The notes: generated by a model not told the origin, from the letters alone. A stretch of 64,000 nucleotides of DNA from Vulcanimicrobiota bacterium (GCA_963812155.1 CAWETW010000003.1:224001-288000), one strand, 5' to 3'. Shown: positions 28,555-49,195, counted from the stretch's first letter. Program-made: numbers and translations.

Positions 28555-29119
28555 CTATTTCAGGACACGGATTCCAATCGTCGTCAGAACTCCGCAACTG
28601 GCGGAGACGAGGCAGCCGCTGATGACTTGCTTGTAGGCGTAGCCCGTGGATTTGTTCGGCGCCGTCCTGCCCTTCACGATGGAATCGTCTTCGTAGGAGC
28701 CGCCGCCGCTGCATTGCGAGGGGCCGCACGGAATCGGCCCGGTCCAGGTGACCTTGAACGAGTGCAGCGCCGTGGCGCAGGATGACTTCGCCTTGCAGAC
28801 GCCGCCGCTCCAGTTGGTGATGTCGCCCGTCTGTCCGCACGGATCGCTCGGGGACCCGTAGCACCAGTGCACGTCCAAACCGTTGTGAATTGAAAAGGTG
28901 AAGCACCCGCCCGGAAACTCCGACGCGTTGCAGGTGGGCGTCTTGTCGGGCCGGACGCCGGCGATCGTGAGCCGGGGCCGTCCGGCGTGCTGCGCGGCGG
29001 GCGCGCCGGAAAGGCCGGGTCCGGCCGGGGTGGGAGACGTGCCGCCGCCCGCACAGGCGGATAGAACGAGCGCTGACGATACGAGGATGGCGGGCGCGAT
29101 CGATTGCGGAATGACGCAT
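28555..29119 (-). CDS. Cysteine-rich lipoprotein, paralog 3 (type A); frameshift near 29105
   Basis: SD AAAGGAG plus ATG 29119 (MRH...) joins ORF 28555-29145; lipobox LSAC; 10 mature Cys. Confidence 0.75.
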
Positions 29120-29218
29120 GAGGGTTCTCCTTTACAGGAAAACACTATCGCCCGCCCGTGCCGCCGGCGTACGCGGCTCGCCGTTCCCCTGCTTGCGCCA
29201 CCCGCGGCGAACGATTTG

Positions 29219-29773
29219 CTACGAGGTAACGCTGAGGCCGACGTGGGCGTCGACGCACTTGCCCCCCGCCTTCGGACACGCGTGGATATCTTGCTTGAAG
29301 GCGTATTTCGTGGTCTTTTTCGGCGCCGGCGATCCTTTGGTCAGTTTGTCGAGTTCGTACGTGCCCGTGCACGTCGTCTTGCACTTAAGCGGGCCGCTCC
29401 ACTTGACGACGAACGACTTGAGGAAGGGGTGCGGCGGGTAGCACATCTTATTTGATGACGCGCACACGCCGCCGCTCCACTTGTACTTGCCCGTCTCGCT
29501 GCACGGGTTGCTGGACGGGCCGTAGCACCAGTCGATCGCGAGACCTTTGCTGAGCGAGAACGTGTAGCAGTTGTAGTATTGCTTGGGGCACGTCGTATCG
29601 GGCTGGACGCCGATCGCTCTGATCTGGGGCTGCTCGGCCGATTGAGGAGCGCCGAGCATTCCGGCGCCGGCTGCGCCGGGGACGGCCGACGAACCGAGGC
29701 CGCCGCAAGCCGCCAGCGTGAGAGCAGCCGATAAGAGGGCCGCGCGAACGACCCATGGTGCGAGGTGGCGCAT
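29219..29773 (-). CDS. Cysteine-rich lipoprotein, paralog 4 (type B)
   Basis: Lipobox LAAC; 10 mature Cys; SD AAAGGAG. Confidence 0.78.
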   Translation of the reverse strand: MRHLAPWVVRAALLSAALTLAACGGLGSSAVPGAAGAGMLGAPQSAEQPQIRAIGVQPDTTCPKQYYNCYTFSLSKGLAIDWCYGPSSNPCSETGKYKWSGGVCASSNKMCYPPHPFLKSFVVKWSGPLKCKTTCTGTYELDKLTKGSPAPKKTTKYAFKQDIHACPKAGGKCVDAHVGLSVTS

Positions 29774-29909
29774 CAGCGAAAATCTCCTTTTTGAAGTAGC
29801 TTTTGGGGACGAGCAGCCAAGCCAATCGCAAATGAAGCCCGGCTGTCGTACGGTGGTGCCTGAGGTACGTTGGGGAACGGGCCGGCGCTTCCCCTGAAAG
29901 AGCTGAAAC

Positions 29910-35904
<5,995 letters not shown>

Positions 35905-35907
35905 ACG

Positions 35908-37504
35908 TTGTCGAGAACGCCGCTGATGCGCGCGTTGCGCCGCATCGCCGCCGGCCACGCGAAAACGCGCGGCGAGTTTTTGCGCGCTTCGGCGTTGACC
36001 GCGCTGGGCGCGGCCGTCGTACCGGGGTTCGTCGCCTGCGGCGGATCGCACGCGCGCGGACGCGAGCGCATCGTCATCGTCGGCGCCGGCATCGCCGGGC
36101 TGGTCACCGCGATGCGGCTGCGCGATGCCGGCATTGATGCGACGATCTACGAATCGTCGCTGCGCGTCGGCGGACGGATGCACTCGGAGCGCGCGTATTG
36201 GGCCGAGCATCAACACACCGAGTGGTGCGGCGCGATGGTGGATTCGCTGCACGTGAACATGCACAAGCTGGCGCGGCGCTTCGGGCTGGGCTTGCTCGAC
36301 ACGATTGCGGCGCGTCCGCCGCACGGGCGCGACACGTGCTATCTCGACGGCCATTACTATACGATGGCGCGAAGCCGACCGCGACTTCGCCCACATTTAT
36401 CCGGTGATGCAGGCGCAGCTCGGCAAGGTAAACGCCGAGACGACCTACGCCAATGCGACCGCCGAGGCCAAACGCATTGATGCGATGAGCATGCACGATT
36501 GGATCACGCGCTACGTTCCGGGCGGGGCGTCGTCGCGGCTCGGGCGTCTCATCGAAGTCGCGTATTGGAACGAGTACGGGCGCGGCCCCGAAGAGCTGAG
36601 CGCGCTCAATCTCGTCATACAGTTGGGCGGGCAGCGCCATTACGCCGAGAATCACGAGATGAACGTGCTGGGTTCGTCGGATCAGAAATACATCTTCGCT
36701 GCGGGGAGTCAGGCGCTGCCGGAAGCCATCGCTGCATCGTTGCCGCCCGGCAGCATTCTGCTCGGCAGAAGGTTACTCGCGATCGGGCGTCAGGCCAACG
36801 GCGTCTACATGCTCACGTTTTCTACCGGCGCCGCGACCGAGAAAGTGTACGCGGATCGCGTCGTGCTGGCGATTCCGTTCATAACGCTGCGCGGCGTGGA
36901 TTATTCGTCGGCCGGCTTCGACGCCGCCAAACGCCGGGCGATCGAGAATCTCGGCTACGGATACCATACGAAGCTGCACCTGCAGTTCGACCGGCGGGTG
37001 TGGATGCGCAAAGGCGCGTGGCCCGAACCGACGAGCGGGCAGATTTGGACGACGCTGCCGGCACAGAGCGCGCTCGATTTTTCACTCGGGCAAGCCGGGC
37101 GCGACGGGCTCATCGAGGTGTTCACCGCCGGGCCGGCCGCGATGATGGACACGCCGCCGATGCCGTACGCGCGCGTCGGCGATTCGCCCGCGGTGCTGCG
37201 TCACGTGCGTTCGTTCTTCCGGCAGCTCGACGACATCTGGCCGGGCGTTTCGCCGGCGTGGAACGGTAAGGCGACGTTCGGCAACGCGCAAGCCGATCCG
37301 AACATTCTCGCGAGTTACTCGTGCTGGCTCGTCGGCCAGTATACGACCATTGCGGGTCACGAATGGATTCCTCAAGGCCGCGTGCATTTCGCGGGCGAGC
37401 ATACGTCAATCGATAACCAGGGCTTCATGGAAGGCGGCGCCGAGACCGGTTTCCGCGCAGCCGGCGAAATCCTCGACGACTACCGCATCAAAGCCACGGG
37501 CTAA
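35908..37504 (+). CDS. Flavin monoamine oxidase family protein, possible Tat lipoprotein; frameshift near 36368
   Basis: IVIVGAGIAGL...RVGGR; HFAGEHTS...GFMEGGAETG; N-terminal TRGEFL plus FVAC. Confidence 0.85.
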
Positions 37505-37510
37505 CGTTTC

Positions 37511-39368
37511 TTGCCCATTGTTGGGACGGCCGGTCATGTCGATCACGGAAAATCGGCGCTCGTCGAAGCGCTGACCGGAACGCATCCCGACCGCTGGCTC
37601 GAGGAGCGCATGCGCGGCATGACGCTCGATTTAGGTTTCGCGCGTCTCGTCCTCGACGACGGCGTCGAAGCCGGCATCATCGACGTTCCCGGGCACGAGC
37701 GATTTCTGCACAACATGCTGGCGGGCGCGGCCGGCATGGAGTTGCTGCTGCTTGTCGTTGCCGCCGACGAAGGCGTGATGCCGCAGACGCGCGAGCATCT
37801 CGACGTGCTGCGATTTCTCAACGTCGCCGCAGACGATCGTCGTCGTGACGAAGATCGATCTCGTCGGCCAGGAAGATCGCGAAGCGGCGATCGAGCGCAT
37901 CGCGGACGCGTTGCGTGGCACCATTGCCGGCGGGGCGCCGCGCGTCGCGGTGTCGAGCCGCACCGGCGAAGGCCTGCCGGAGTTGCGAGCGCAGATTACC
38001 GAAGCGCTGCGCGCGCTGCCGCCGCGCGACGATGCGGCGCCGGTCTATCTTCCGATCGATCGCGTCTTCACGCTCCCAGGGCGCGGAACGATCGTCACGG
38101 GAACGCTCATGCAGGGCACGCTCGCGACCGGCGACGCGCTCACGCTCGAGCCCAGCGCAACGGCGGCGCGCGTACGGAGCCTGCACGTCTTCGGGGAAGG
38201 GCGCGAACGCGCCGTCGCCGGAACGCGCGTCGCGTTGAATCTTCCCGGCATCGACCGCACGGCAATTGGGCGCGGCGAGACGGCGGTAAGCGCCGAATTC
38301 TCGGCGCGCGCCGGCTTTGCGGTGACGTTCACGCCGCTTGAAACCGCGCTGCCGCTGCTGCGAAAACGCATGCCGGTGCGCGCGTACCTCGGATCGGCGG
38401 AGATATTAGGGATGCTCGAGTTCGAAAGCGTGCCGGATGAAGCGCGTGCCACATTTGCCCGGCTGCATCTGCGTTCGGGCGTGGTCGCATTTCCCGGTGT
38501 GCGTTTCGTCGTGCGCCGAATGTCACCCAAGACGCTGCTTGGCGGCGGCTCGATCGAGTCGCTCGCGGCCGCCATGTCACCCGCCCGTGCGACGCCCGCC
38601 GAAGCGACGGTAGCGGCGGCGCTGCGCGACGCTGGGTTCGCCGCGCTAGACGCCGGCGCGGTCGCCTACGCCGCCAACGTTCGCGAAAGCGTCGCCCGTG
38701 CCGCGCTCGAGCGGTTGGCACAGCGCGACGATGCGCTCGCAGTTCGGCGCCCGGACGCCTACGTCGACGGTGCGGTGGCGCACGAACTGCTCGCGAGCGC
38801 GCTTTCGCACCTCGAATCCGTGCAGCTCGTGCGGCCGTGGGCTCTCGGCATGACGTCGCTCTTACTTGCGCGTGAGTTGGGCGTCGACGAACCGCTCCTC
38901 GTGCGCGTGCTCGCAGCGCTCGTCGAAAACGGCCGCCTTGCGGGACGCGGCGGATACTACGCCACGCTCGACCATCATCCGCAGCTTTCGCCCGAGCAGC
39001 AGGCGCTCTTCGACGAACTCATTCCGCGCGATTCTCACTCGTTCGTTCCCGTACCGTTCGCCGGCGTCGTTTCCGGCGTGAAGCGCTCGAAAGTCGAGGG
39101 TGCACCGACCGCGCTCGACACGCTGCTCGCGCTCGGCGCGCTCGTGCGGGTCGGCGACGATTGCTATCGCGGATCGCAGATTGCAGCCGTCCGCTCCCGC
39201 GTCGAAACCTATCTTCGCGAGAGCGAACGTATGACGGCGGCACAGTTTCGCGACCTCATCGGCACGTCACGTAAGTATGCGCTGCCGCTCCTCGAGTGGC
39301 TCGACGCGCACGGCGTCACCGTCCGCGACGGCGACTACCGCACGCTCCGCACACGCCCGCTCCCGTAA
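37511..39368 (+). CDS. selB: Selenocysteine-specific elongation factor SelB; frameshift near 37827
   Basis: [33 protein letters not shown]-terminal SECIS-binding WH4 [20 protein letters not shown]. Confidence 0.93.
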
Positions 39369-39433
39369 TCCTGAGCGGAGCACAGCGTGTCATCCTGAGC
39401 GAAGCATCGCGCAGCGATGCGCAGTCGAAGGAC
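39365..39433 (+). repeat. REP-like palindromic repeat, copy 3 (partial + full unit)
   Basis: GTAATCCTGAGC (contains the selB TAA), then TGTCATCCTGAGC 39388-39400, hairpin GCATCGC/GCGATGC, GCAGTCGAAGGAC 39421-39433. Confidence 0.85.
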
Positions 39434-39441
39434 CTTCGAGG

Positions 39442-40371
39442 TCAATGCGTGTGTCCAAAGATTGCCCCCTTAGCCGGCGTCCCGTTCTTCAGAGTAAACC
39501 ATGGCAACACGAAGTGCACGACGTTGTTTTTGACTGTACCGCCCAAAGACGCTATTTTGGGATCGATCCCGTCGATTTGCAACGTGTAGCGGACGCGTGA
39601 CGGCAACACGTAGGGAAACCAGATATCGAGCGTCGATCCGTCTGTAAAACTTATCCTCGGCGGTGGCGAAGCGATATCGTCCCGAGAGGAATAGTCCGCT
39701 GAGTCGATTGCAAGACTAAACGAGTAATACACCGATTCTTCATTGGAGGTCGCTTTTTGGTTGTTCACGGGTCGTCCACCGGAAAGCGCGAGATACGAGC
39801 AGTTGTAACACAGATCGTTATGAACAAACGTAGCTGCAAAACCCCCAGACGACGATCGGGTGTAGTTTGGGCTAGGATCGCAGAGCATGATAGCCGTCAG
39901 GCGCACCGGCGAAGGCAACCGGCGCGATACCTGTCCCGCCAACGTTCTGCTGACGTAGCCTCCGTCGAAGAGCTCAGCGGCTGAAGGCGGCGCATTCCGA
40001 CCCGTGCCGCATCCCGTTACGTCGTTCCCGGGCACTGTCATCTCGGTCCAGGATCCCTCGACTCCCGCAGCGGAGACTGTCGCGGCACGCCACCACCAGC
40101 GGCCCATATGGCGTCGCAGCGCGACGATGCCACGGTTCTTTCCAGCGTGCCACAGGGCGAGGGCATCCATTCCGTCGGTAACAACCCAGTCGGTCGCCGG
40201 CACTAGATGGTCATATTCGAGCCCTGCCGCCAGCAAAATCGGGAGATCGTGCCTTACCGATTTCACCGCTGCGGCAGGACCGTAATCAGCGGCCGGCGCC
40301 GCGATGGGACCGCTTGTTGCGACGACGAGTCCGAAGTATAGTGACGCGCGTACGAAACGAACGCGGGTCAT
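39442..40371 (-). CDS. Secreted hypothetical protein
   Basis: ATG coupled to the upstream stop (TGATG); signal-peptide-like N-terminus; no recognisable domain. Confidence 0.6.
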   Translation of the reverse strand: MTRVRFVRASLYFGLVVATSGPIAAPAADYGPAAAVKSVRHDLPILLAAGLEYDHLVPATDWVVTDGMDALALWHAGKNRGIVALRRHMGRWWWRAATVSAAGVEGSWTEMTVPGNDVTGCGTGRNAPPSAAELFDGGYVSRTLAGQVSRRLPSPVRLTAIMLCDPSPNYTRSSSGGFAATFVHNDLCYNCSYLALSGGRPVNNQKATSNEESVYYSFSLAIDSADYSSRDDIASPPPRISFTDGSTLDIWFPYVLPSRVRYTLQIDGIDPKIASLGGTVKNNVVHFVLPWFTLKNGTPAKGAIFGHTH

Positions 40372-41462
40372 CACCGATGCAGCAGTGTGGCGACGCCGAC
40401 TACTAGTTCGAGGGCGATGAGCACGATGATGACGATCTCGAGAAACTCGTCGCGGCGGCTGCGCGCCTGGTCGTTGAGGAAACGGTAGATGTCGCCGATC
40501 GACGCAAGCTTCGCGTCGACTTGGCGCTGCCAATCCTCGAGGCGGAGACGCCGCGCGGCGGCACGGTAGATGCGCGCATAATACGCGTCGCCGACAACTT
40601 TGAGCGCATTGCTGGAGCGGTCGAGCAGTTCCAGCACGTCGACGATGAGATAGCGCACCGATTCCGCCTGTTCGGTTTCCCGCCGGCCGAGCGGAGAGCG
40701 CGCCGGCTTCTCGGAACCGATTCGATAGATGCCGTCGAGCTCGCGGTCGAGCAGGGCGTCGTAGGTTCGCAGTTCGAGGAGCTGCGTGTTTGCGAATTCG
40801 AGAATGTCCTCGATCGCTCCGGCGCTTTCCGCCCGATCGTAGACGAAGGCCGTATCCCACTGCACGATCGTGAGGTCGTCATCGTAATAAGAAAACCGCG
40901 TTCGCAGCGCCTCCTCCGCTTCGGACGTCGACAGCGGACGGCGCTCCCCGTGCATCAGGCTCGCGAGCGCACCAGCGTGCTTCGCTAGCAGCGTCGTTGC
41001 ATCGACGTTTTCGGCGAAGCGCTCGATTTCGATGATGAAGTAGTCCTCGACGAGGGCCGGATGGCGCTTGTCGAGCGCGCGAGCGCGCTCGTCGCAGAAG
41101 CGCTCGACGGTCGCCGTTGCAAATGCGGCGATTTGCTCGCCGGTGCGAACGCGGTCGGCGACGAGGGTCAGTTCATCCCAGGTGCCGCGCGCGTCGAACG
41201 TCAGCCGTAAGGACATGACGCCGTAATCGTAGGCTTTCAGGCGCACCGAGCACTCGAGTCCGTCGATCGTCGCATCGGGCAGGGCTTCGATCACCGGCGG
41301 CAGCGGAAATTGCAGGTACGCAGGCGACGTCTGCGAGCCGGCTGGAAGTTGCGACGCGCCGCGGCTTATCGCGCCGAGGCCCCCCGCGTTCGTGAGGTCG
41401 ATCGTGTCGGCGACGTCGAATAAATAGTACGCGCGTACCGATCCCGATGCGATGTCCAGCAT
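40371..41462 (-). CDS. Conserved hypothetical protein with C-terminal TM helix (RMD1/DUF155- or CorA-like tail)
   Basis: FDVADTIDL; LEFANTQLLELRTYD; LEIVIIVLIALE tail. Confidence 0.7.
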   Translation of the reverse strand: MLDIASGSVRAYYLFDVADTIDLTNAGGLGAISRGASQLPAGSQTSPAYLQFPLPPVIEALPDATIDGLECSVRLKAYDYGVMSLRLTFDARGTWDELTLVADRVRTGEQIAAFATATVERFCDERARALDKRHPALVEDYFIIEIERFAENVDATTLLAKHAGALASLMHGERRPLSTSEAEEALRTRFSYYDDDLTIVQWDTAFVYDRAESAGAIEDILEFANTQLLELRTYDALLDRELDGIYRIGSEKPARSPLGRRETEQAESVRYLIVDVLELLDRSSNALKVVGDAYYARIYRAAARRLRLEDWQRQVDAKLASIGDIYRFLNDQARSRRDEFLEIVIIVLIALELVVGVATLLHR

Positions 41463-41494
41463 ATGGGTTCGTGCTTGCCCTTTACGTTCAACTC

Positions 41495-41600
41495 GTCCTT
41501 CGACTGCGCACCGCTGCGTGGTGCTGTGCTCAGGATGACACAGGGTGCGTGCTGCGCTCGGGATGACACAGGGTGCGCGATGCTCCGCTCGCGATTGACG
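41495..41600 (-). repeat. REP-like palindromic repeat, copy 4 (full + tandem partial units)
   Basis: GTCCTTCGACTGC 41495-41507; GCTCAGGATGACA 41528-41540; GCTCGGGATGACA 41556-41568; each followed by CAGGGTGCG. Confidence 0.85.
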
Positions 41601-41642
41601 TCGGCGGGGAAGGAGACGCGCGAGCGCGATGGTATGCGTAGG

Positions 41643-44600
41643 ATGATGAGCCTGTTGCGTAAAGCCGGTTGCACCGTTGCGTTGCTGGGTGCGGCGTTTT
41701 TCACGTGCGCTCCCGCGTTCGCGCAGACGGCTCCGAGCGGCATCGGCTCGCTGCAGTATCGTTCGATCGGGCCGGCAATTTCCGGCGGCCGTACGACGGC
41801 GGTCGTGGGAAGCGATCGCGACCCTCTCCTCTACTACGCCGGCGGTGCCGACGGCGGCATTTTTAAGAGCGTCGACGGCGGTGCGTCGTGGGTGCCGATC
41901 TTCGACCGCCAATCGTCGGCGGCAATCGGCGCGATCGCCATTGCGCCGAACGATCCGAACGACGTCTGGGCCGGTACCGGTGAATCGAATCCGCGCAACG
42001 ACGTCGAGAGCGGCGACGGCATCTACCATTCGACCGACGGCGGAAAGACGTGGACGCACGCCGGGCTCGCCGATGCCGGGTCGATTTCCAGCATCTCGAT
42101 CGATCCGCGCGACGCGCGCACGATCGTCGTGGGCGTTCTTGGAAACGTTTTCGCCGACGGACCGACGCGGGGCGTCTACGTGACGCACGACCGCGGCGCG
42201 CATTGGACGCGCGCGCTCTACGCCGGACCGTCGAGCGGCATCTCCGATATGGTGCGCGTTCCGGACCATCCGGCGACGCTCTTTGCCGGCATGTACCAAG
42301 TACGCCGGCGCCCGTGGATGTTGACGAGCGGCGGCCCTAACGGCGGCATCTACCGTTCCGACGACGGCGGCACGACGTGGCGCAAAGTCGAGAACCACGG
42401 ACTTCCGAGCGGTCTCACCGGGCGCATCGGGCTCGCTGCCGCGCGCGGCGGACGCATCTACGCCATCGTACAGTCGAAGCACGGCGACTTATGGCGTTCC
42501 GAAGACGGCGGCGCATCGTGGAAGCTCATGCCGCACGGTCCGTACGTCGGCGCGCGTCCGTTTTATTTCAGCCGCATTTTCGTCGATCCGGCCAACCGCG
42601 ACCGCGTCATCTGCGTCGGTCTGATCCTCACGCTCAGCACCGACGGCGGCAAGACGTTCAAGCCGATTTCAACCAATGCCGGCTGGGATTACCACGTTGC
42701 GTGGTGGTCGCGCGACGGCCGGCGGATCGCCGTCGGGACCGATGAAGGCGCCATTTTTTCAGGCGACGCGGCGGCGCATTTCTGGCAGCCGTACGATCTT
42801 CCGTTTTCGCAAGCCTACCACGTCGGATACGGCAGCACGGCACCGGACTACGCCGTATGCATCGGTTTGCAGGACAACAACTCGTGGTGCGGAGTGTCGG
42901 CGGCAAACAACGGCATCGGCGTGATTAACCGCGATTGGTACGTCGTCGGACCGGGCGACGGCATGTGGGCGCTGGTCGATCCCAACGATTCCGACTACGT
43001 GTGGACGACCTCAACGAACAACGACACCGGACAAGTGTATCTTTGGAATCGCCGCACGCAGCAAGCCTACGAAGTGTCGCCCTACGCGCGCACCAACGCG
43101 GAAGCGCCCGCGATATTAAAATACCGATTCAATTGGGACACGCCGATTGCGTTCACCACCGGCCCTGGGCCGGCTGCCGTGCTCGCCGGCGGCAACGTCG
43201 TATTCGAAAGTGTGGACCGCGGACAGGATTGGCGCACGCTCAGTCCCGACCTCACGCGCAACGAGCCCTCGCACCAGTCGGCATCGGGTGGTCCGATCGA
43301 CCTGGACGTTTCCGGCGCGGAGACGTCGGACACGATTCTCGACATAGAAACGACCGCACTCGACCCGATGACGATTTGGGTCGGCACCGACGACGGCTTG
43401 GTGCAGGTGACGCGCAGCCACGGCTCGAGTTGGTCGAACGTTACGCCGGCCGGCGCGCCGCAGTGGTGCCGCGTTTCGACCGTCGAGCCGGGACACTTCA
43501 ACGTTGCGACTGCGTACGCGGTCGAAGACTGCCATCTCGTCGGCGACAATCATCCGCACGTCTATCTCACCGACGACGGCGGTGCCAGCTGGCGGTCGAT
43601 CGCCTCGAATCTGCCGTCGAACTTCTTCGTACGTTCGGTGCGTGAAGACCGGCACGATCGCAACCTGCTGTTTGCCGGAACGCAGCGCGGCGTCTTCGTT
43701 TCGTTCGATCGCGGCGCGAGTTGGCAATCGCTGAGGCTGAACATGCCGGCATCGGCGGTGTACGATCTCGAGACCGTGCCTCAAACCGACGATCTGCTCG
43801 TCGCGTCGCACGGACGCGGCGTCTGGATTCTCGACGACCTTGGCGCCTTGCGCGGGCTGCCGGCGGCACGCGCCTCCGCAACCGCTACGATGTTCGCGCC
43901 GCGAACGGCGTACCTCATGTGGCAGTGGGCGCCGATCAACTCGTTCGAAGGCGGCACGCTGCCCGATAACGAGTTCGTCGGCGAAAATCCCGACTACGGC
44001 GCGCTGATCAGTTACTATTTGCCGAAGCCGGCGGCGCGGCACCCCGCGATCGACGTCGTCGACGGAAGCGGCCGCGTCGTTCGCCACTTGAGCGGTGACG
44101 ACGTCCCGAACGAAGCGGGCATCAATCGCACGAGTTGGGATTTGGCTGAGGATGGTCCCGAACAATGGCACGGTACGTATAAGGAAAATCAGGGGCCGGA
44201 AGAGGGTCCGTCCGTCGTTCCTTACCATCACTTCACGCTGCGATTGCACGTAGACGGCGCAACGGTGGAGCAGACGGTGGAAGTGCTGCCCGATCCGCGC
44301 GAGAAGCCGTTTCCGGCGACGTCATACGTCGAGCGGCATAACGTCCTGACTGCCATATACGAAGAACTCGGCAGCGTGAATCATATGCTCAACGAGATCG
44401 ACGCGCGTCTCAAACACGCCGGCCCGCGCCAGACCGCGGCATTGCGAGCGTTCCGCGCAAAGCTGACGTACAACCCGCGCAACGTCGAAGATCTCGGTGC
44501 GCCGCAGGGGTTGCGCGAGCGGCTGTTCGACGCGCTATCGCGCGCCGGATCGTCGTTCCAAGCGCCGACCGGGGCCCAGCAGGCCGAAAACTCCAATCTG

Positions 44601-44648
44601 CACGAGCTCTTCGTGCAACTCTCCGCCGAATTCGCCCAGTTGCATTAG
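41643..44648 (+). CDS. Secreted BNR/Asp-box (VPS10/sortilin-like) repeat protein, putative glycosyl hydrolase
   Basis: Signal peptide; [11 protein letters not shown]; many S.DGG.TW Asp boxes; ISPDLT-like LSPDLTRN. Confidence 0.85.
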   Translation: MMSLLRKAGCTVALLGAAFFTCAPAFAQTAPSGIGSLQYRSIGPAISGGRTTAVVGSDRDPLLYYAGGADGGIFKSVDGGASWVPIFDRQSSAAIGAIAIAPNDPNDVWAGTGESNPRNDVESGDGIYHSTDGGKTWTHAGLADAGSISSISIDPRDARTIVVGVLGNVFADGPTRGVYVTHDRGAHWTRALYAGPSSGISDMVRVPDHPATLFAGMYQVRRRPWMLTSGGPNGGIYRSDDGGTTWRKVENHGLPSGLTGRIGLAAARGGRIYAIVQSKHGDLWRSEDGGASWKLMPHGPYVGARPFYFSRIFVDPANRDRVICVGLILTLSTDGGKTFKPISTNAGWDYHVAWWSRDGRRIAVGTDEGAIFSGDAAAHFWQPYDLPFSQAYHVGYGSTAPDYAVCIGLQDNNSWCGVSAANNGIGVINRDWYVVGPGDGMWALVDPNDSDYVWTTSTNNDTGQVYLWNRRTQQAYEVSPYARTNAEAPAILKYRFNWDTPIAFTTGPGPAAVLAGGNVVFESVDRGQDWRTLSPDLTRNEPSHQSASGGPIDLDVSGAETSDTILDIETTALDPMTIWVGTDDGLVQVTRSHGSSWSNVTPAGAPQWCRVSTVEPGHFNVATAYAVEDCHLVGDNHPHVYLTDDGGASWRSIASNLPSNFFVRSVREDRHDRNLLFAGTQRGVFVSFDRGASWQSLRLNMPASAVYDLETVPQTDDLLVASHGRGVWILDDLGALRGLPAARASATATMFAPRTAYLMWQWAPINSFEGGTLPDNEFVGENPDYGALISYYLPKPAARHPAIDVVDGSGRVVRHLSGDDVPNEAGINRTSWDLAEDGPEQWHGTYKENQGPEEGPSVVPYHHFTLRLHVDGATVEQTVEVLPDPREKPFPATSYVERHNVLTAIYEELGSVNHMLNEIDARLKHAGPRQTAALRAFRAKLTYNPRNVEDLGAPQGLRERLFDALSRAGSSFQAPTGAQQAENSNLHELFVQLSAEFAQLH

Positions 44649-44667
44649 GCGCTATGATGGTAAGGCC

Positions 44668-47278
<2,611 letters not shown>

Positions 47279-47303
<25 letters not shown>

Positions 47304-47344
47304 CGCCGCAGTCGAAGGACGGCTCCTGCCCTGTCATCCTGAGC
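47279..47344 (+). repeat. REP-like palindromic repeat, copy 5 (full + partial unit)
   Basis: TGTCATCCTGAGC 47279-47291, hairpin GGCGC-GTA-GCGCC, GCAGTCGAAGGAC 47308-47320, TGTCATCCTGAGC 47332-47344. Confidence 0.85.
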
Positions 47345-47359
47345 GAGCGCGCGGCTCCC

Positions 47360-49195
47360 TTAGGATGACTCGGCGCGGGCGGCGGCGCGTTTGCGAGCTT
47401 TGAGGCGTTCGCCCTCGTCGAGGGTTCGTTTGCGGATGCGAATCGATTTCGGCGTCACTTCGACGAGTTCGTCGTCGTCGATGAACTCGATCGCGCGCTC
47501 GAGCGAGAGGTCGTCGGGCGGCGCGAGCCTGATGTTGTCGTCGGAGCCGGCGGCACGCATGTTGGTGAGTTTCTTTTCGCGGACGACGTTGATCGCGACG
47601 TCTTTGTCGTCGTTGGCGCGTCCGACGACCATGCCTTCGTAGACTTCGACGCCTGGCCCGACGAAGAAGTCGCCGCGCTGCTCGAGGCCCATCAGCGCGT
47701 AGCCGGTGGTCCGGCCGGTGTCGCTGGCGACGAGTGCGCCGACCCCGCGGCCCGGCAACTCGCCCTGCCACTCCTGATGGTCGTAGTACGTGTGCGACAT
47801 CACGGCATTGCCGCGCGTGAGGGTGAGCAACTCGCCGCGCAGTCCGAATATTGCACGCGTCGGCATCGTGTATTCGAGACGGCGGCTTTCGGCGACGTCG
47901 AACATGTTCGACATCACGGCTTTGCGCCGCCCAAGCGATTCGATGACGGCGCCGGCATACTCGGCCGGCACGTCGACGACGACGTACTCCACCGGCTCCC
48001 AACGCTTGCCGTCGCGTTCGGTGACGATCACTTGCGGTTTGGAAACCGCGAGCTCGTAGCCTTCGCGGCGCATCGTTTCGATGAGAATCGAGAGATGGAG
48101 TTCGCCGCGTCCGCGCACTTCGAACGTGTCGGCCGAGTCGGTGTCGGCGACGCGCAGAGCGACGTTGGATTCGAGTTCGCGCATGAGGCGCTCGCGGATC
48201 TGACGCGACGTGAGAAACTTGCCCTCGCGTCCGGCAAACGGCGAGTTGTTGACGCTGAACGACATCGAGACGGTCGGTTCGTCGACTGCGACCGCGTGAA
48301 TTCCCTCGGGTTCGTTCGCATCGGCAATCGTGTCGCCGATGTTGAGATCTTCGATGCCCGACACGCAGACGATGTCGCCGGCCGACGCTTCGTCGACCTC
48401 GATGCGTTCCAGCCCGGCAAACGTCAGCAGCGTCGTGAGGCGCAGCCCGGTGACGACGGTGCCGTCTCGCGCGACCTTGGCGATCGGCGCGTTCGGACGC
48501 GACGATCCGCGAAAGATGCGGCCGATGCCGATGCGGCCGACGTACCGGTTGTGGTCGATCGCGGAGATCAGCAGCTGAAACGTGCCTTCCTCGGCCGGCG
48601 CCTCGGGCACGCGCGTGACGATCGTTTCGAAAAGCGGCTCGAGCGAGTCGCCCTCGTCGTCGAGCGACCGCAGCGCGATGCCGGCCTTGGCGTTGGTGAA
48701 GATCACCGGAAAATCGGCCTGTTCGTCGTTCGCGCCTAGTTCGATGAAGAGATCGAACGTTTCGTTGACCACTTCGCGCGGGCGCGCGTCGCGGCGGTCG
48801 ATTTTGTTGACGACGACGATGGCTTTGAGATCGAGCTCGAGCGCTTTGCGCAGCACGAAACGCGTCTGCGGCATCACGCCTTCAGCCGCGTCGACGAGCA
48901 GCAGCACGCCTTGCACCATCTGCAGCACGCGTTCGACCTCGCCGCCGAAATCGGCATGCCCCGGCGTGTCGACGATGTTGAATTTAACGGCACCGTGCTG
49001 CACGGCCGTGTTTTTGGCGAGAATCGTGATGCCGCGCTCTCGCTCGAGCGGATTGGAATCGAGCACCCGCGTCGCGACCTGCTGCCCCTCGCGGAAAACG
49101 CCGCTCTGACGCAGCATTGCGTCGACCAGCGTCGTTTTGCCGTGGTCGACGTGAGCGATGATGGCGACGTTGCGGAGGTCGGGACGAGTTTTCAC
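47360..49195 (-). CDS. typA: Translational GTPase TypA/BipA
   Basis: [56 protein letters not shown]. Confidence 0.97.
   Translation of the reverse strand: MKTRPDLRNVAIIAHVDHGKTTLVDAMLRQSGVFREGQQVATRVLDSNPLERERGITILAKNTAVQHGAVKFNIVDTPGHADFGGEVERVLQMVQGVLLLVDAAEGVMPQTRFVLRKALELDLKAIVVVNKIDRRDARPREVVNETFDLFIELGANDEQADFPVIFTNAKAGIALRSLDDEGDSLEPLFETIVTRVPEAPAEEGTFQLLISAIDHNRYVGRIGIGRIFRGSSRPNAPIAKVARDGTVVTGLRLTTLLTFAGLERIEVDEASAGDIVCVSGIEDLNIGDTIADANEPEGIHAVAVDEPTVSMSFSVNNSPFAGREGKFLTSRQIRERLMRELESNVALRVADTDSADTFEVRGRGELHLSILIETMRREGYELAVSKPQVIVTERDGKRWEPVEYVVVDVPAEYAGAVIESLGRRKAVMSNMFDVAESRRLEYTMPTRAIFGLRGELLTLTRGNAVMSHTYYDHQEWQGELPGRGVGALVASDTGRTTGYALMGLEQRGDFFVGPGVEVYEGMVVGRANDDKDVAINVVREKKLTNMRAAGSDDNIRLAPPDDLSLERAIEFIDDDELVEVTPKSIRIRKRTLDEGERLKARKRAAARAESS

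Noticed and set aside
26989..29773. RiPP precursor or multiheme cytochrome interpretation of the Cys-rich genes
   Set aside because: No CxxCH motifs, no adjacent modifying enzymes or transporter; lipobox and size fit folded lipoproteins.
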